A stretch of 64,000 nucleotides of DNA from positions 46,066,001-46,130,000 of the forward strand of contig OZ024746.1 of the NCBI GenBank assembly GCA_964016885.1, written 5' to 3'. Below the pieces are notes generated by a model. The model worked only from the letters and a program-made list of their open reading frames with translations. It had not been told where the DNA came from and made no database searches. Of this stretch, positions 12,733-25,645 are shown piece after piece; position 1 is the stretch's first letter; each line of letters starts with the position of its first letter. Position numbers and translations under genes: made by a program. Origin of the DNA: Eledone cirrhosa (lineage: Eukaryota).

Positions 12733-12998
12733 TGACTATAATTCAACAAAACCCTAACATATATATCTATATATGTATATCTATATCCATCACACAAACA
12801 CAGACATACATATATATTGTATGTATCTGCTATATGGTAGCTACAACGTCGATTCATACCTAATATTATATATATAACATATATATATGATGTAGTGTAC
12901 AAAGATTTATTACACCCTGTACAGACTGAAAAGTGGTTGACATAGGGAACAGCATCTAACTATAGAAACCATGCCAGCATGGAAAATGGTGATGAAAA

Positions 12999-13001
<3 letters not shown>

Positions 13002-13054
<53 letters not shown>
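13002..13054. repeat. (TA)n microsatellite
   Basis: Read directly. Confidence 0.95.
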
Positions 13055-13060
<6 letters not shown>

Positions 13061-13337
13061 ATACAACATGCACATATATCTGTATAACGCTATGTTGGAG
13101 CACCAATACTGATTTTTTAATGTAAGCCTGGCCTGCTACCCCTCCGTATGCAAATGAGCTTCATCAGGTCATATTCATAAGTGAGGAAACTACGAGATTC
13201 TAGCTTATTTTTGTCTCAACAGAAACAAAGTATTTTCAATTACTTCCCGCTTGCGTTTGGTGGTCATAGTGTGAACAATTAATAATGGAAGGCTGTCACA
13301 CGTTTTTCATAAACATCCTGTATATTATTTGATGTAC

Positions 13338-13338
<1 letters not shown>

Positions 13339-13410
<72 letters not shown>
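13339..13410. repeat. (CA)n microsatellite
   Basis: Read directly. Confidence 0.95.
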
Positions 13411-13412
<2 letters not shown>

Positions 13413-13414
<2 letters not shown>

Positions 13415-13748
13415 GGTGCATGGATTAGTGGTTAAAGCATGGGGCTCATATTCATGACGTTGTGAGTTCAAGTCCCAGACTGGGTGTGTACTGTGTTCTC
13501 GAGCATGACACTTTATTTCACATTGCTCCAGTTTACTCAGTCGTATAACTTAGTTGTGACATCACTGGTGCCAAGCTCTATCAACCTTAAATTTTTCCCT
13601 TGGACAACATCGGCATGAAGAGGGGAGGCTGGTATGCTTGGATGACTGCTGATCTTCTACAAAACCTTGCTCAGAATTGTGCCTCGGAGGGCAAATTTCT
13701 AGGTTCAAATCCCCTGATCACTCGTGACCGAGGGGGTCTTTACCCTTT
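13413..13748 (+). mobile_element. tRNA-derived SINE
   Basis: A-box-like tggattagtggttaa, B-box gagttcaagtcc, core gagcatgacactttatttcacattgctccag shared with 21210-21562 and 43204-43640. Confidence 0.75.
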
Positions 13749-13772
13749 ATATATATATGTATGTATGTGTAT

Positions 13773-14226
13773 GTGGGATAGCAGGCAAACTAACAGGTAG
13801 GGAGAAATACGTGCGCAGTAGATGTACAGGGAAATTTGACAGTAGAAGTCACATTGATAGACACATTTTTCAAATGCAGGTGGGTGCTATAGAAGTGGTT
13901 AATAGCGTCCGGTACCTAGGTGATCAGATTAGCATGGGAGGGGGTGTTCCGAGGCCATAGTATCTAGAATAAGGATGGGTTGGAAGAAGTTTAGGGAGCA
14001 GCTTCCTCTGCTGACGAAGAAGGGTTTCTCCCTGTGTACGAAAGGCCGGTTATATGGTGCCTGTGTGAGGAGCGCGATGCTGCATGGTAGTGAGACATGG
14101 GCAGCAACTGCAGAGGATATGCGACGGCTGGAGAGAAATGAGGCAAGCATACTCTGTTTTATGTACAATGTCAATGTGCGTGAACAGCTGAGCATGGATG
14201 TGTTGAGAGAGAAACTGTGTCTGAGA
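13773..14226 (+). mobile_element. Internal fragment of a diverged RTE LINE (end of the PHD finger and post-RT region)
   Basis: EVVNSVRYLGDQIS..GWKKFREQLPLLTKKGFS..AMLHGSETW, homologous to the other RTE copies. Confidence 0.85.
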
Positions 14227-15555
14227 CACCCTAAAGTAAATCACCCTAAACTAAAAGCTCTTCCATACATCTCCACACACAACCCCCTCAACAATGAGAC
14301 CTTTGACACCATCCTCCAGAACATCCCTGTGTTGAAAAAGGACCATAGAATGAACCAAATCCTACGAACACACGATACCATAAAGAGCAAAAGACAATCT
14401 AAGTCAATGAAAAACATCCTAACACATGCCAAAGTACTGCCAACTACAACAACGAAACCCACAGTAAAAAAATGCGATATACCCAACTGTGGCATATGCA
14501 TCAACCTAATAGAGGGTTCGGAATTCTATTTCAAAGAAGGACAACGTTTTATAGTAAAACACAATTTCACATGCGCATCAGAAAATCTAATATATGTATT
14601 AATTTGCTCAGGTTGTCGAGAACAATACATAGGCCAGACCAAAAACAGCCTCCGCCAACGCATGACTGTCCATAGATCCCAAATTAAAATACGGGAATAC
14701 AGGAAAATACCACTGAGTGAACACATTGATACCTGTGCCGCCCAAAATCCTCCCAACTTCAGAATCTTTCCCCTCTACAAATTTAAAGATAATGCCACCC
14801 ACACCCAGCACATCTGCAAGGAATCTTACTTTATTAACAAATACGGACCCCGTCTAAACACTTCTCCCTAAGACGAACCCACAACATACACACGTCAACA
14901 TACATACCTACATCAGCATACATCTCTATCCACATATAAACACAATGACATACGTAAACACACATGTTCTATGGTGCAACACAAATATACACAAATTTGC
15001 ATACCTTTTGATATCTATAGATATAAACGTGCCGACACACACACATACATAAACGCACACATGCATTGCACACTGATGGTCACATACATATTTGTACACA
15101 AGTATTCCAATACGGCAAGGCCTAATGGATTCCCCTTGCAGTACGTACAATCTGGACACTCACACACACCTTGGTATTATGCCAATACTATATATCATTT
15201 CACACCTTTTATTATTAAGGTTTTTGATGTTCTATTGAGAGAATAGTTTTTACTGAAAATATCGAAAGTATCACAAAAATACTGGTCCACCCACACACTC
15301 ACACACACACACATTCTCTCACACACACACACACACACATATATACACACACACACACATATATACACACACACACACATATATATACACACACACATAC
15401 ACACGCGTACATTAACATACAAAGAGACATATACACACACACACACTTCTCCGTATAAGACAAGAGCTGAAAAATATCTTTTAACGTGTTAAAATATCCC
15501 CCACACACTTACAGACACATTCCTACTGACCATCCCTCTACCACAAATTACTCTG

Positions 15556-15590
<35 letters not shown>

Positions 15591-16110
15591 TCTTAATAGG
15601 CATTTGAACTGTCAACAGGCTGCGGTTCGTACACACATCCCTGCTGACCATTATCACAACAACGAACCTCTTTACTACTACTACTACACACACACATATT
15701 TGTTTTGAAAGACTTATTTTTCAGTGACTTCTCAATCAGCCGACACAAACCTACATTTGACGCAAAATCAATTTTTAACATTCACATGACCTCTGCTGAC
15801 CAATCAAAATTGTTTTGACCACAAGAATTTTTGCAACACGAATTGGCGCGAAACTTATTTTAATACCTCTGGAGCCACTTTTTTCACATAAAAACAGGTA
15901 GAATTTCCAAAACTAACCAGATTAGAGCAAACATCACAGACGCTCTATCTCAAAATTATTTTTGAAAAGCATTAGAAATGCGCAACCGGTAAAACTTAAA
16001 ACCAAAACTGAATACTAACCAATACTATTACTAATTTTCACTTATTCCTAAATAAAAACTATTTTTCACTGTGAACAATTTGTCAGCATTTTCTTTTCCG
16101 TTTACCAACA
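14227..16110 (+). mobile_element. 5'-truncated Penelope-like element (Neptune-type): linker, Cys-rich motif and GIY-YIG endonuclease to the stop at 14871, then a long CA-rich 3' region
   Basis: LPYISTHNP, CDIPNCGIC, FTCASENLIYVLICSGCREQYIGQT..LRQRMTVH..KESYFI..P.LN; hammerhead-like motif at 15958-15994; the 3' boundary is approximate. Confidence 0.85.
15958..15994 (+). ncRNA. Minimal hammerhead ribozyme-like motif (U3-A8 variant, one core mismatch)
   Basis: TTT-TTGAAAA-GCATT-aga-AATGC-GCAA-CCGG-TA-AAA. Confidence 0.55.
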
Positions 16111-18384
16111 TATATATATATATACATATATGCAAAGGTTATATTTAATTTGTTGGGATTCAACTATCCAGCGAATTTCAAACGTTGAGGTTGTCTTTTT
16201 TCCGGGTATGTCAATATTTATTTATAAAACAAATCTGTATTTTATGAAAGCGCACCATAATTTACCTTGGCCGCCCTTGAAATATATATAATAAAATAAT
16301 TATGGTTTTATAAATATAGTTTCCATTTATTAATATATTGTATATATACATATATATATTTATCATCATTTTGATTCGATACGTTTTAAAACTCTCGTTT
16401 TCTTACAATATAATTGTTTGCAGTTTGCTAATCATCTTCATTTCCATTCACCCACTAACCATCTATTTATGGATGAAAGCCTCCACATGATGTTGCTGAT
16501 TTATTCATGCTAGTTGTAAGTATACAGGTCCAATAACTAAACTTTATTTTAGAGGTAAGGCTTCCTGGTTGGCTCTTTGCACCATATTGACTCATTCTTT
16601 AGATATTGTGAAATCTTATCATCTCACAACATCCAGATTTTATCATTTGCTTTTAACAATGATCACCTGCTGCTGCAAGTCATTACATTTTGAAAGCCAT
16701 ATACTTAACTTACTTTTCTAAAGCTATAGTAATTTCTGGGAAAATATTTTTCTCTTATATGTTTTTAATTTCTTTGGGACTACATAATTCTATATAATTA
16801 ATTATTGGTAATCAAACTGTTAAAAAAAATACATAATACCCACATACACACATGAATACCATTATAGGTTTAAATTTGTTGGAACAATCACCATCTCATC
16901 TCCCCACCCCCATCTCTCTTCTGCTATCCATCTATCTACCTCTCTCACTCATTTATTTTTTCTATGATTCTGTAAAGAAAGATTCTAAAAATTTTGCAAA
17001 CCAATTTATCAGTTTGTGACATTTTTCTCATCCTGATGTGTATTTTGTGTCAATATAGTTAACATCACTTAGCATTGATTCATTCTTTATTGTTTAAATT
17101 TGAAATAAAATTGAATTTTTCATTTTTTAAATGCAAATTTTGTTTCAATCTCAAAATACATTTTTTCATTTTATTATTTATTTTTTGTGTGATTATATTT
17201 TTGCATTTTTAACTATTACTCTAAATAGTGTACTTTAATGAATTTTTCACACGCTTTTCCTTTAACATTTACTCAAACATATGCATGTGTATATTACTTC
17301 ATTTAGGCACCAACATCTAACCCATGCCAGCATTATAAAATGGATGTTAAATGGTGATGATGCTGATGAAGCATATTTTAGATTAAATTTGAAAACAAAA
17401 TTACAACAATATATCTAATAAACAGCCTTGCTGATAAATAGCTTTAGTTTATCTGCAGGGTTTATTTTCACATATGATAACCAGTGTTTCAATAGATGGC
17501 AGTACATATTACAACTACTATCTTGGGCATTGTTTTGAAAAGGATTGGCTTTTTTCTCTAAAACTGTGGTCCCTGGTCAGACAACTAGTGGTTGGTACAC
17601 AGCATGAAAACAAAATATTCACTGGTTCCCAAAAACCAAATTGCTTTATAGAAGTCATTACATATATAGCAGTAGTATAGCAGCAATAATAGCATGAGCA
17701 GCTGCAGAAAGATCAGTTAAAGTAGTACCCTTAAAGCAATTGGAGTGTTTGCTATTTAGAGATTGTAAAAGAGATTACTATTTCGAGATTATAGCAGCAA
17801 CAAATTAGCAGATAAATACATGTGTCAGATAAAATGTTTCACAGTATTTATTTCTGGCATGTTGCATCGAAAGTTCAAATCCCACTGTTATGAGCTTTAA
17901 CTTTCATCCTCGCAGGAATAATTAAGTACCAGTCAAGGGCAGTGGACTGGCAAAATCATTAGATTGTCAGAGAGAATGCTTTGTGCTATTTGTAACAGCT
18001 CCATGCATTGTGAGTTCAAATTTAGCAGTGGTTTACTTAGGGGATAGCTTGAATTCTCCCATTGTTTAAACTTTGGGTAATTCTGTCAGAGTTCACTCTG
18101 TTACAATCTTTCAAAGTAGGTCAGCAGTTTAAGGATACTTTCATCCCTACCTCAATTGGTCTCAGATTCACTAAGTTAGGGCTTTAAAAGGGCAAATCAT
18201 AATCATTAACAACACCAGATTTTACCCCAGTATAAACATAAACACAAATACACACATGTACACCTACAAAAACTATATATATATATATATATATCACATA
18301 CGAAACAGAGAATCAGTGTTGTGATGAATAAAATTTATTAGACATATTACAATCATTATATATATTTATATATATATATATATA

Positions 18385-18560
18385 ATCATCATTGCCACTG
18401 CTTAATGTCCATTTTCCACACTAGCATGAGTTAGTCGAGTTGTCCCGTTGTGAGACAAGCCAGATCGGGTGACCATGTCTTACCCCTACAGAACTGATTG
18501 GGGCTTGGTTTCTACAGCTGGATGCCCTTCCTAATGCCAACCACTTTTACAGTGTGCAGG
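18385..18560 (-). mobile_element. RTE 3' end fragment
   Basis: Contains ttctacagctggatgcccttcctaa and a degenerate tail. Confidence 0.65.
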
Positions 18561-19587
18561 GGGGGGGGTATGGAGATGCATGGGGTATGGAGAGGTAGAT
18601 CTAGTAGGGGGCGTAGATGAAGAATGGGGTGTCAGGACATGGGCAGAGTTTTAGGGCATAGCAGATGTATGGTAAGAGAAATTAGAATGACCTCATTGAA
18701 GAAACTTTGTAAATATTAGTGAACTTTTATAAAAGAATGTGGCCTAGTAGTTTTAATATTATAAACCAAAATAATATTATTAGCTATGTTATTGATCAAT
18801 TTACTGTTCTTCCTATTTATAAGAACATTTCAGTGTTGCAATTGCTCTATGTCCTGAATGTTTAAATTTAGCATAATATCTGAGATGTAGATCTCACTTG
18901 TTTGCATGATAATAGATATTTGACCGAATTATTGAAAGGGGATTTAAATGGAATGTTTCCTAAATGCATTATCTTTTCAGTATAGAATAGACAACATTGA
19001 TTGTATCATGATTAACAATGCGTGCTAACATTGATGGATATGTGTCTTTAGGAGGCTGCAATATACAAAAGTCTATCAGACGAAGTAGGAAATTTTGAAT
19101 GCAAGAATAAATCAAAGAATAAATAATGCACTTTGGGTTAATTTTGTGGTCAATCAATATCTGAATATTGAACAATATATTAGAAAATATGAGGTTTACA
19201 CCATAATTCTGTTTATTTCAAATGAAAAATGAAGAGAAGTTTGTTCTCTTGTTTTTATATAGTGTGACAGCTAACTTGTTAACCCTTTGAACCCCAGCCC
19301 ACTGACTGCCACATTTGCAGTTCTTAATACTGGGCATCTGCACGAAAATCACTGAAAAATGATAATCATTAATTAAACACGAAATAAGAGAATAAATATT
19401 TCTGGACTTAACAAAAATGATGGATATGTCTTACTGGAGATTTCAGGCTAAAGCAATTATATTAACCCTTTTAATAACAAACTGCCAGAAGCACCTCCCC
19501 TGATTATCTGATATAGTCATTTGTTTTAAAATGTTTATATTCATTTAAATACCTTCCATCATAAGTGTATGTAAGAACCTTTGTTAA

Positions 19588-19770
19588 CCCTTTAGCATTT
19601 AAACTGGCCATATCCGGCCAGAATTCTCTAACCTCTTTCTGTTAAAACTGACTGTGACTGGCCACTCATACTGACATTAAGCTTTGATATTATGTGAGAT
19701 AACTAAGTGAGGTAAAGTGTTTACCATGAAAATACAATAGTAAATACAGAGTAATGTAAATGCTAAAGAG
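19588..19770. mobile_element. piggyBac-like MITE, copy 2
   Basis: TTAA|ccctttagcattta...taaatgctaaagag|TTAA. Confidence 0.75.
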
Positions 19771-20283
19771 TTAAAGTTAAGCTTGAAATCTCCATTCTGT
19801 CCGCCAGGGCTATGAGGAGACAAGCCGATTATATTACGAATTCTGTTGAATAGTCCAATACCAGCTTATTAATGGGAAATCTTGTTATATTACTAAATAC
19901 TTTTAAATTCTTAATCGTTTTCTCAATTATTTGAAAATCATAGGCAAAGTTATCGTTATAAATATGATCATGAAACAGTTAAATGATCACTGATATTTGC
20001 AGAAAGCAATGTTAATAACCACAGAAAACAGAGGTATGTGATAAAACAGAATATTAGGCTTGTAGATTCAAAGTTTTAAGATTACTGATTTAAGGTTTGT
20101 AACTATAAACTATGAAATTAGGTTGGTATTTTGTATAAAATAACTTACTGCTATTCATAGTTGACTCCTCTCACTTATTTTGAAAGTAGTTTCTCACTTC
20201 ATCATTAAATAATTACATTTAAAAAGAAATATTTCTCTTATGTAGACACTTTCAGTGTTCATGTAGATAAATATTTGCATTAA

Positions 20284-20500
20284 CACTTTAGCATTTAAAC
20301 CAGCCATATCCAGCCAGAAATCTGTCGCATCTTTCTGTTAAAACTGGCCATAACTGGCCCCTCATACTGATGTTAATATACGTTCTCGAAATAAATATCA
20401 AAATCTCATAGACTCAATATTATGTGAGATAATTGTGTGAGGTAAAGCCTTTACTGTGAACATATAATAGTAAATATAGAGTAATGTAAATGCTAAAGGG
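20284..20500. mobile_element. piggyBac-like MITE, copy 3
   Basis: Same TIRs and internal sequence, same orientation as copy 2. Confidence 0.75.
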
Positions 20501-20812
20501 TTCACACAACAATTTAACAAACTTACAAAATAGAAATATTTGCACATACACTCATTAATTTAGACCAAAAATCTTACTAGAGCAGGTTAAAGTGTATAAT
20601 TGTACTTGTTTTTATATATTTAAACTATGAGTATATTCTATCGATGAGTGTTTGTATATATTTCAGTTTTCAATATTTATGCAGAAGTCTTTGCATATGT
20701 ATCTTCATTTTCAATAATATGTATATACAGGTGTTGTGCATGTGAATATAACTGTGTGTGTATCCTGTATATAGATAATAACCCTGTATCCAAGAAGGAA
20801 ACATATATTTAC

Positions 20813-20917
20813 CTCCAAACTTCCTCTTGTGCAATATTCTGTAATAAATGAAGGTCTTGCTGGATCATTTAAAAACCCAATAAATGGATTTAAATTTTCA
20901 TGTCGAAGTTCTCGAAG
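20813..20917 (-). CDS. Receptor guanylyl cyclase exon, kinase-homology domain: LRELRHENLNPFIGFLNDPARPSFITEYCTRGSLE
   Basis: ttcttttgaag|CTT...GAG|gtaaat; 105 nt, phase 0/0; contains LRHENLNPFIG and EYCxRGSL motifs. Confidence 0.95.
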
Positions 20918-21209
20918 CTTCAAAAGAAGAGAAAGATTAATTAATTCATTCATTGATCTTTTAATTTAACAAAGGAAAATTATGTTATGTAGGTGGTAAG
21001 TTAGTTCACACCCAGTTTTAATTTCAAGATAGAAATACTAAGTGAAACAACAGCATTTGGTTTATTGAGCAACAATAGAAATGATAAGAAAAATGGAGGT
21101 GAATTTTTGATGTATGCAAAAATTTGCTGTTATAGATATTAACTGCACCAGTTTTGTATTACACTCCACCCACCTAAATGCTTTGTTCACAAGGAGCAGT
21201 ATTATACCC

Positions 21210-21562
21210 ATCATCATCATTTTACGTCCGCTTTTCCCTGGCTTGATTTCTACAGCTGGATGCCCTTCCTAACACTAGCCTCATTTACAGTGAGTGCTGG
21301 GTGCTTTTTATTTCCGTGGTGCATACACGTGTCCACTTTACAGTGTGGGCTGGGTGCTTTTTTGCCATGGCACCTCCATGACCACTTGGCAGTGGAATGA
21401 TAGGGACCCCAGTCCTATCATCTCATTTCTACAGCTGAGTAAACTGGAGCAATGTGAAATAAAGTGTCTTGCTCAAGGAAACAACACATCACCCGGTCTG
21501 AGAATTGAACTCCCAACCTTTCGATTGCAAGGCCAATGCCCTAACCACTAAGCCATGTGTCT
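21210..21562 (-). mobile_element. tRNA-derived SINE with RTE-derived 3' tail
   Basis: Head tggcttagtggttagggca..gagttcaattc; core cttgagcaagacacttt; 3' part matches the RTE 3' UTR and ends in (GAT)n. Confidence 0.8.
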
Positions 21563-21626
21563 CTATAGGAATAGAAACTAATTATTGAAACAACGATTTC
21601 TTTTTATTATATGAAACTTTTCTTAA

Positions 21627-21834
21627 CTCTTTAGCATTTATATTACTCTATATAAACTATTGTATTATCATGGTAAAGGCTTTATCTCACATAATATCGA
21701 ATCTATGAGATTTTGATGTTATTTATTTTGAGAGCAATACCTTAAAATCAGTATGAATAGCCAGTTACAGCCGGTTTTAACAGAAAGAGGTGAGCTACTT
21801 CTGGCCAGATATGGCTGGATTAAATGGTAAAGAG
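21627..21834. mobile_element. piggyBac-like MITE, copy 4 (inverted relative to copies 2 and 3)
   Basis: TTAA|ctctttagcattta...taaatggtaaagag|TTAA. Confidence 0.75.
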
Positions 21835-21905
21835 TTAATAACAAGTTCACAACAATGAATGATTTGAGGTAGTAATCAGTTATTCAAATAGGCAAAAATA
21901 GAGTA

Positions 21906-22220
21906 CAGTCGAGGGCAATCTGCAGCCCGCGGGCTGCAGATTGCCCTCGACTGTGAAGCTTTCTCAATGGCTCACCCATGTCACCTAAGTGAAATCTTTC
22001 TGATTTTTTTCGCCCAACTTTTCAGTCGTAATTTATCTTTCTATCATTTTTACGATCAAAGAAAACAATGTGTACGAATTCTGAAGAAACAAATCAAAAC
22101 AACCTGAGTTACCGCCCCTTTTTTTAATGTGGGCACGAATGTAAATTAGCGCTTGCGACCCACCTGATGATGAGCCATATCTCATGCGGCCTGCTTCTCG
22201 AAAAAGGTTGCCCATGCCTG
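21906..22220. mobile_element. hAT (Charlie-like) non-autonomous element
   Basis: Right end aaaaggttgcccatgcctg; left end cagtcgagggcaatctgcagcccgcggg; imperfect 8-bp flanks atagagta/atttagta. Confidence 0.55.
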
Positions 22221-23825
22221 ATTTAGTAGTTGTGTTAAAGAAGATGTAAGAGAGCCAGAATTAAGAAATACTGGTGACAAGTTCAGAGTTTTATAGCTCC
22301 AACCCATTCTGGAATAGTTTTAGCTCAGTATCAATAATATAAACATTCTTAGAATGACAGTAATGATGCAAATATTACATAGCAAGTGAATAGAGCAACA
22401 AAATTTAATGAACCTAAAATTCACCTTTGGCAATAAAACTACAAAAAAGGTTCATTGCAACTAAAGAGATCTGTTTTTTTTTTTCGTTTTTTTTGTCACT
22501 TAAAGCTTATCCCTGCAATATGACTAAAAGTTTACCAATGGGAATTGTGAAATTGTTGCAAAACATTTCAATAGAAACATTTTCTTTATGGAACTTTTAT
22601 GTTAATAGTTAAATACTTAAACTGTTTTTTATTTACTACAATAACATTCAGCACACACTTGCTACATTATCAATTCTGTGAACTCCAAATAATCACAAAA
22701 AACAATATTATCATGTCATAAATATCTCATTTTAGGTAGAATAAGATTGTAATTTACTAATTTTTTCAGAATGATTTGTCTTGTGGTTTTTAAAGAACAT
22801 TTTCTTCAGTTATTTCTATTAACTTGAAAGTTGGATTCTCTCCATAATTTCTATGAAGATAAGCTTTGCTACTCTCATTCTTTTCTTTTAAATATATAAT
22901 TCATTAAAACTATTTTAATGCAGACTTATGGAACCAGATAGTTTTATTTTTGTATTTGATTTAACTGAAATGGTTTAAGTTGAATACCGATAATGGCAGT
23001 CATCATTTTGCTAGAGGCGCTTAGACACTTAGAAGAAAATATTATTCAATTTCCTCAGTCGCTTTTTCTCTTAATATCAATCTACTTAATTCAAAGAGTT
23101 TCAAATGAATTCCATACCCGGGTACTTGAACTTCTTATTGAATAGATGAAAGAACTTTACATTCATATCTTGCTAGATATCTATATTGTCTCTTTATTAC
23201 TACTGTTTATTAAGAACAGACAATTCAATATTATAGGCAACTGTATGAGATGAATTTATTTAAGATTATATTTAGATAATACAAAAAGTTGATGCAAAAA
23301 CAATTGAAGGATTAGAGAACCAGGATTTATATTTATATATGGTATTGAAGACAGAGAAGAAAAAACTTCAATTTTTTTATGTAATTGGTTTTCATTTTGT
23401 AACATAAATGACATGATTACGTTTGAAAAATCCAGACAAGATGGCTGATTAACAATAATATGTGCTTTCTTTCGTATCTATCTTTTTCCCATTTACTTAC
23501 TCTCATCTAACTTCCTTTTTCTTTTTTACTTCTTTCTCCCAAACATTGTTTCATCACTCTCGCTCTATCTATCTATCTATCTATCTCTCTCTTTCTCATT
23601 CTATCTTCTAAGGAAGGAGCCGTGTCCAAATGACGGATTAAACTAATAAACCACCATTCTTTTTTCACATTCTTTTGTGTTACTTCCCTTCGTTATATAT
23701 ATATTTAAGGTATCACAAAATATATAATATATACAGTACTTATGGTATTCAAATCTGAATTATTGCATTATTGTGTCCTGCCATAGCATCTTTTAATAAT
23801 CAATGGACCGTCTTAACCTATAGTA

Positions 23826-24800
23826 TCTTCTTCGTTGCCCACTTATTCCTGAGGGGATTGTTGGGGCAGATCCTCAAACACTCCTTCCAGTAGATCCTGT
23901 CAGAAGTGACCATCTCCAACTAACCAAGCTGGTTCCTCAAGTGTGACCAGCCAAGCTCATGTATGTTATCCAACCATCATACTCGAAGGTCTATCCCTGG
24001 GTCTCCTGCAGGTTGGTTTTGTGCATAAAATCTCTTCAGCGATTCTTTCCTGAAACATTCTAACCACATGCCCATAGTATTAGAGCTGTTATCTCTCAAT
24101 TAGGATAAGTAGTGGCTCTACCTGGATTGATTTTTTGATTGCTGCACTCTATTGAGTAGCATTACTCCAAAGACCCTGCAGAGGAATCCCATTTTTGCAA
24201 ATCATATTCTTTTGGTCATTACACAAAATTCATGAACATAGGTAACGGTTGGACAAATACCAAATTGTGGATAGCAAGTTTGGCTTTTACACTCATCTCC
24301 CTTCTTCTGATTACCAAATGCTGAAGCTGGCGCATTACGGCACCAGCTCTTACAATTTTTGCACTTAATTCAGTCTTCTGCTTCCCATCACTTGTGAACA
24401 CAGCCCCGAGATATTTGTACTTCACCACCTGCTTCAGGGGAACTCCACTCACATTTTGCGTGTACTGTGCAGGCTTCCTGAGAGGATGAATCTGCCAGTC
24501 ATGATAGCACTTCAAACCCGGCTGTGCATATCAATCCTGTTCATAAAAACAATGAACAGGAGAGGTGATAGTATGCACCCTTGGCAGAGTCCAACTCCCA
24601 CACTGAATGGTTTTGATTTAGCACCATTTATCTGAACACAATCACTTGGACATTCATATAGAGACATCAAGGCAGCAAGAAGCTGACCATCAATCCTATA
24701 CTCCTACACAACCTTTCACAGCAGGTCTCAAGGAACATGGTCATATGCTTTTTTGAGGTCTACAAAACAAGAATATACCTCTTGGCAATACTCCTACGAT
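23826..24800 (-). mobile_element. Degraded RTE LINE (RT and C-terminal region)
   Basis: Decayed FVDLKKAYD and GVGLCQG..SP motifs, then LKQVVKYKYLGAVFTSDG, with several stops and frameshifts; (GAA)n-like tail. Confidence 0.8.
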
Positions 24801-25261
24801 TTATTAGACTCTAGTATGATCTCATATAAGTAAAAGACAAAATTTGCTTCTTTTTACCCATATAAAGCTTGCTATGAAGAAAATACATCTACATATGTAA
24901 AATATAAATACAATATTTCACCAAACATAAATTATTAGCAAAGAACAACAGAATGTGATGGCTCTCTGATACAAAGATATAATATTTATGCTTAGGAAGT
25001 CAACAGAAATGAAAAACCTTACACGTCATTGGATTGTGGCTGAGGAATATATCTACTTTTAGTTTATCATGGCTAATTCAATTTGACATAAACCATCCTT
25101 CTCTGGGCAGTAAACTTAAGACTCATATTGGAGGTATAATTCACAAATATTTACAATATTCATAAAGTAAATTTAATCAACATATATTCAGCCTAATATT
25201 AACCCAAATAACATACATACACTCATACATGAAAATAAATGATTCTTTAATAATTCCATAC

Positions 25262-25345
25262 CAATTTTAGATGGCTCATTATTTTAGGCCGACTTTTCAT
25301 ATCAGAATGTTTAATTTTCAAGTCTTTTACATAGATCATGTCTCC
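25262..25345 (-). CDS. Receptor guanylyl cyclase exon: GDMIYVKDLKIKHSDMKSRPKIMSHLKL
   Basis: cttttt(t)cag|GGA...TTG|gtatgg; 84 nt, phase 0/0; joins ARYN to LRELRH. Confidence 0.88.
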
Positions 25346-25614
25346 CTGAAAAAGTAAGGAAAATAGAAATTTTGAGTCAAGCACGTCAGTTTGCAAAATC
25401 TATAAATTCAAAACATTCTACGAGTGAAATAAATTTTGTAAAATCCCCATATAAAAGGCCCCCATCTAGTTCTTTTTTTTTAATTAATCAAAACATTACA
25501 ATAGAACAATATATTAAAAAAAAAATAAAATTAGAATTTTATTTCTTACCCTAGCACAGCTGATACATAAATGTACGTATGCACACACACATATATATAT
25601 ATATACACGCACGT

Positions 25615-25645
<31 letters not shown>

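Noticed and set aside
12618-12902. ORFs with RERERE/SLSLSL runs, and similar YIYI/CVCV ORFs elsewhere
   Set aside because: Translations of microsatellites
13125-13170. Minus-strand CCTGATGAAGCTC..GAG hammerhead-like start, including an ATTTGCAT octamer
   Set aside because: No GAAA core, and an isolated octamer is expected by chance
20711-20953. 80-aa ORF treated as a stand-alone gene
   Set aside because: Only 20813-20917 is exon; the rest is intron read-through
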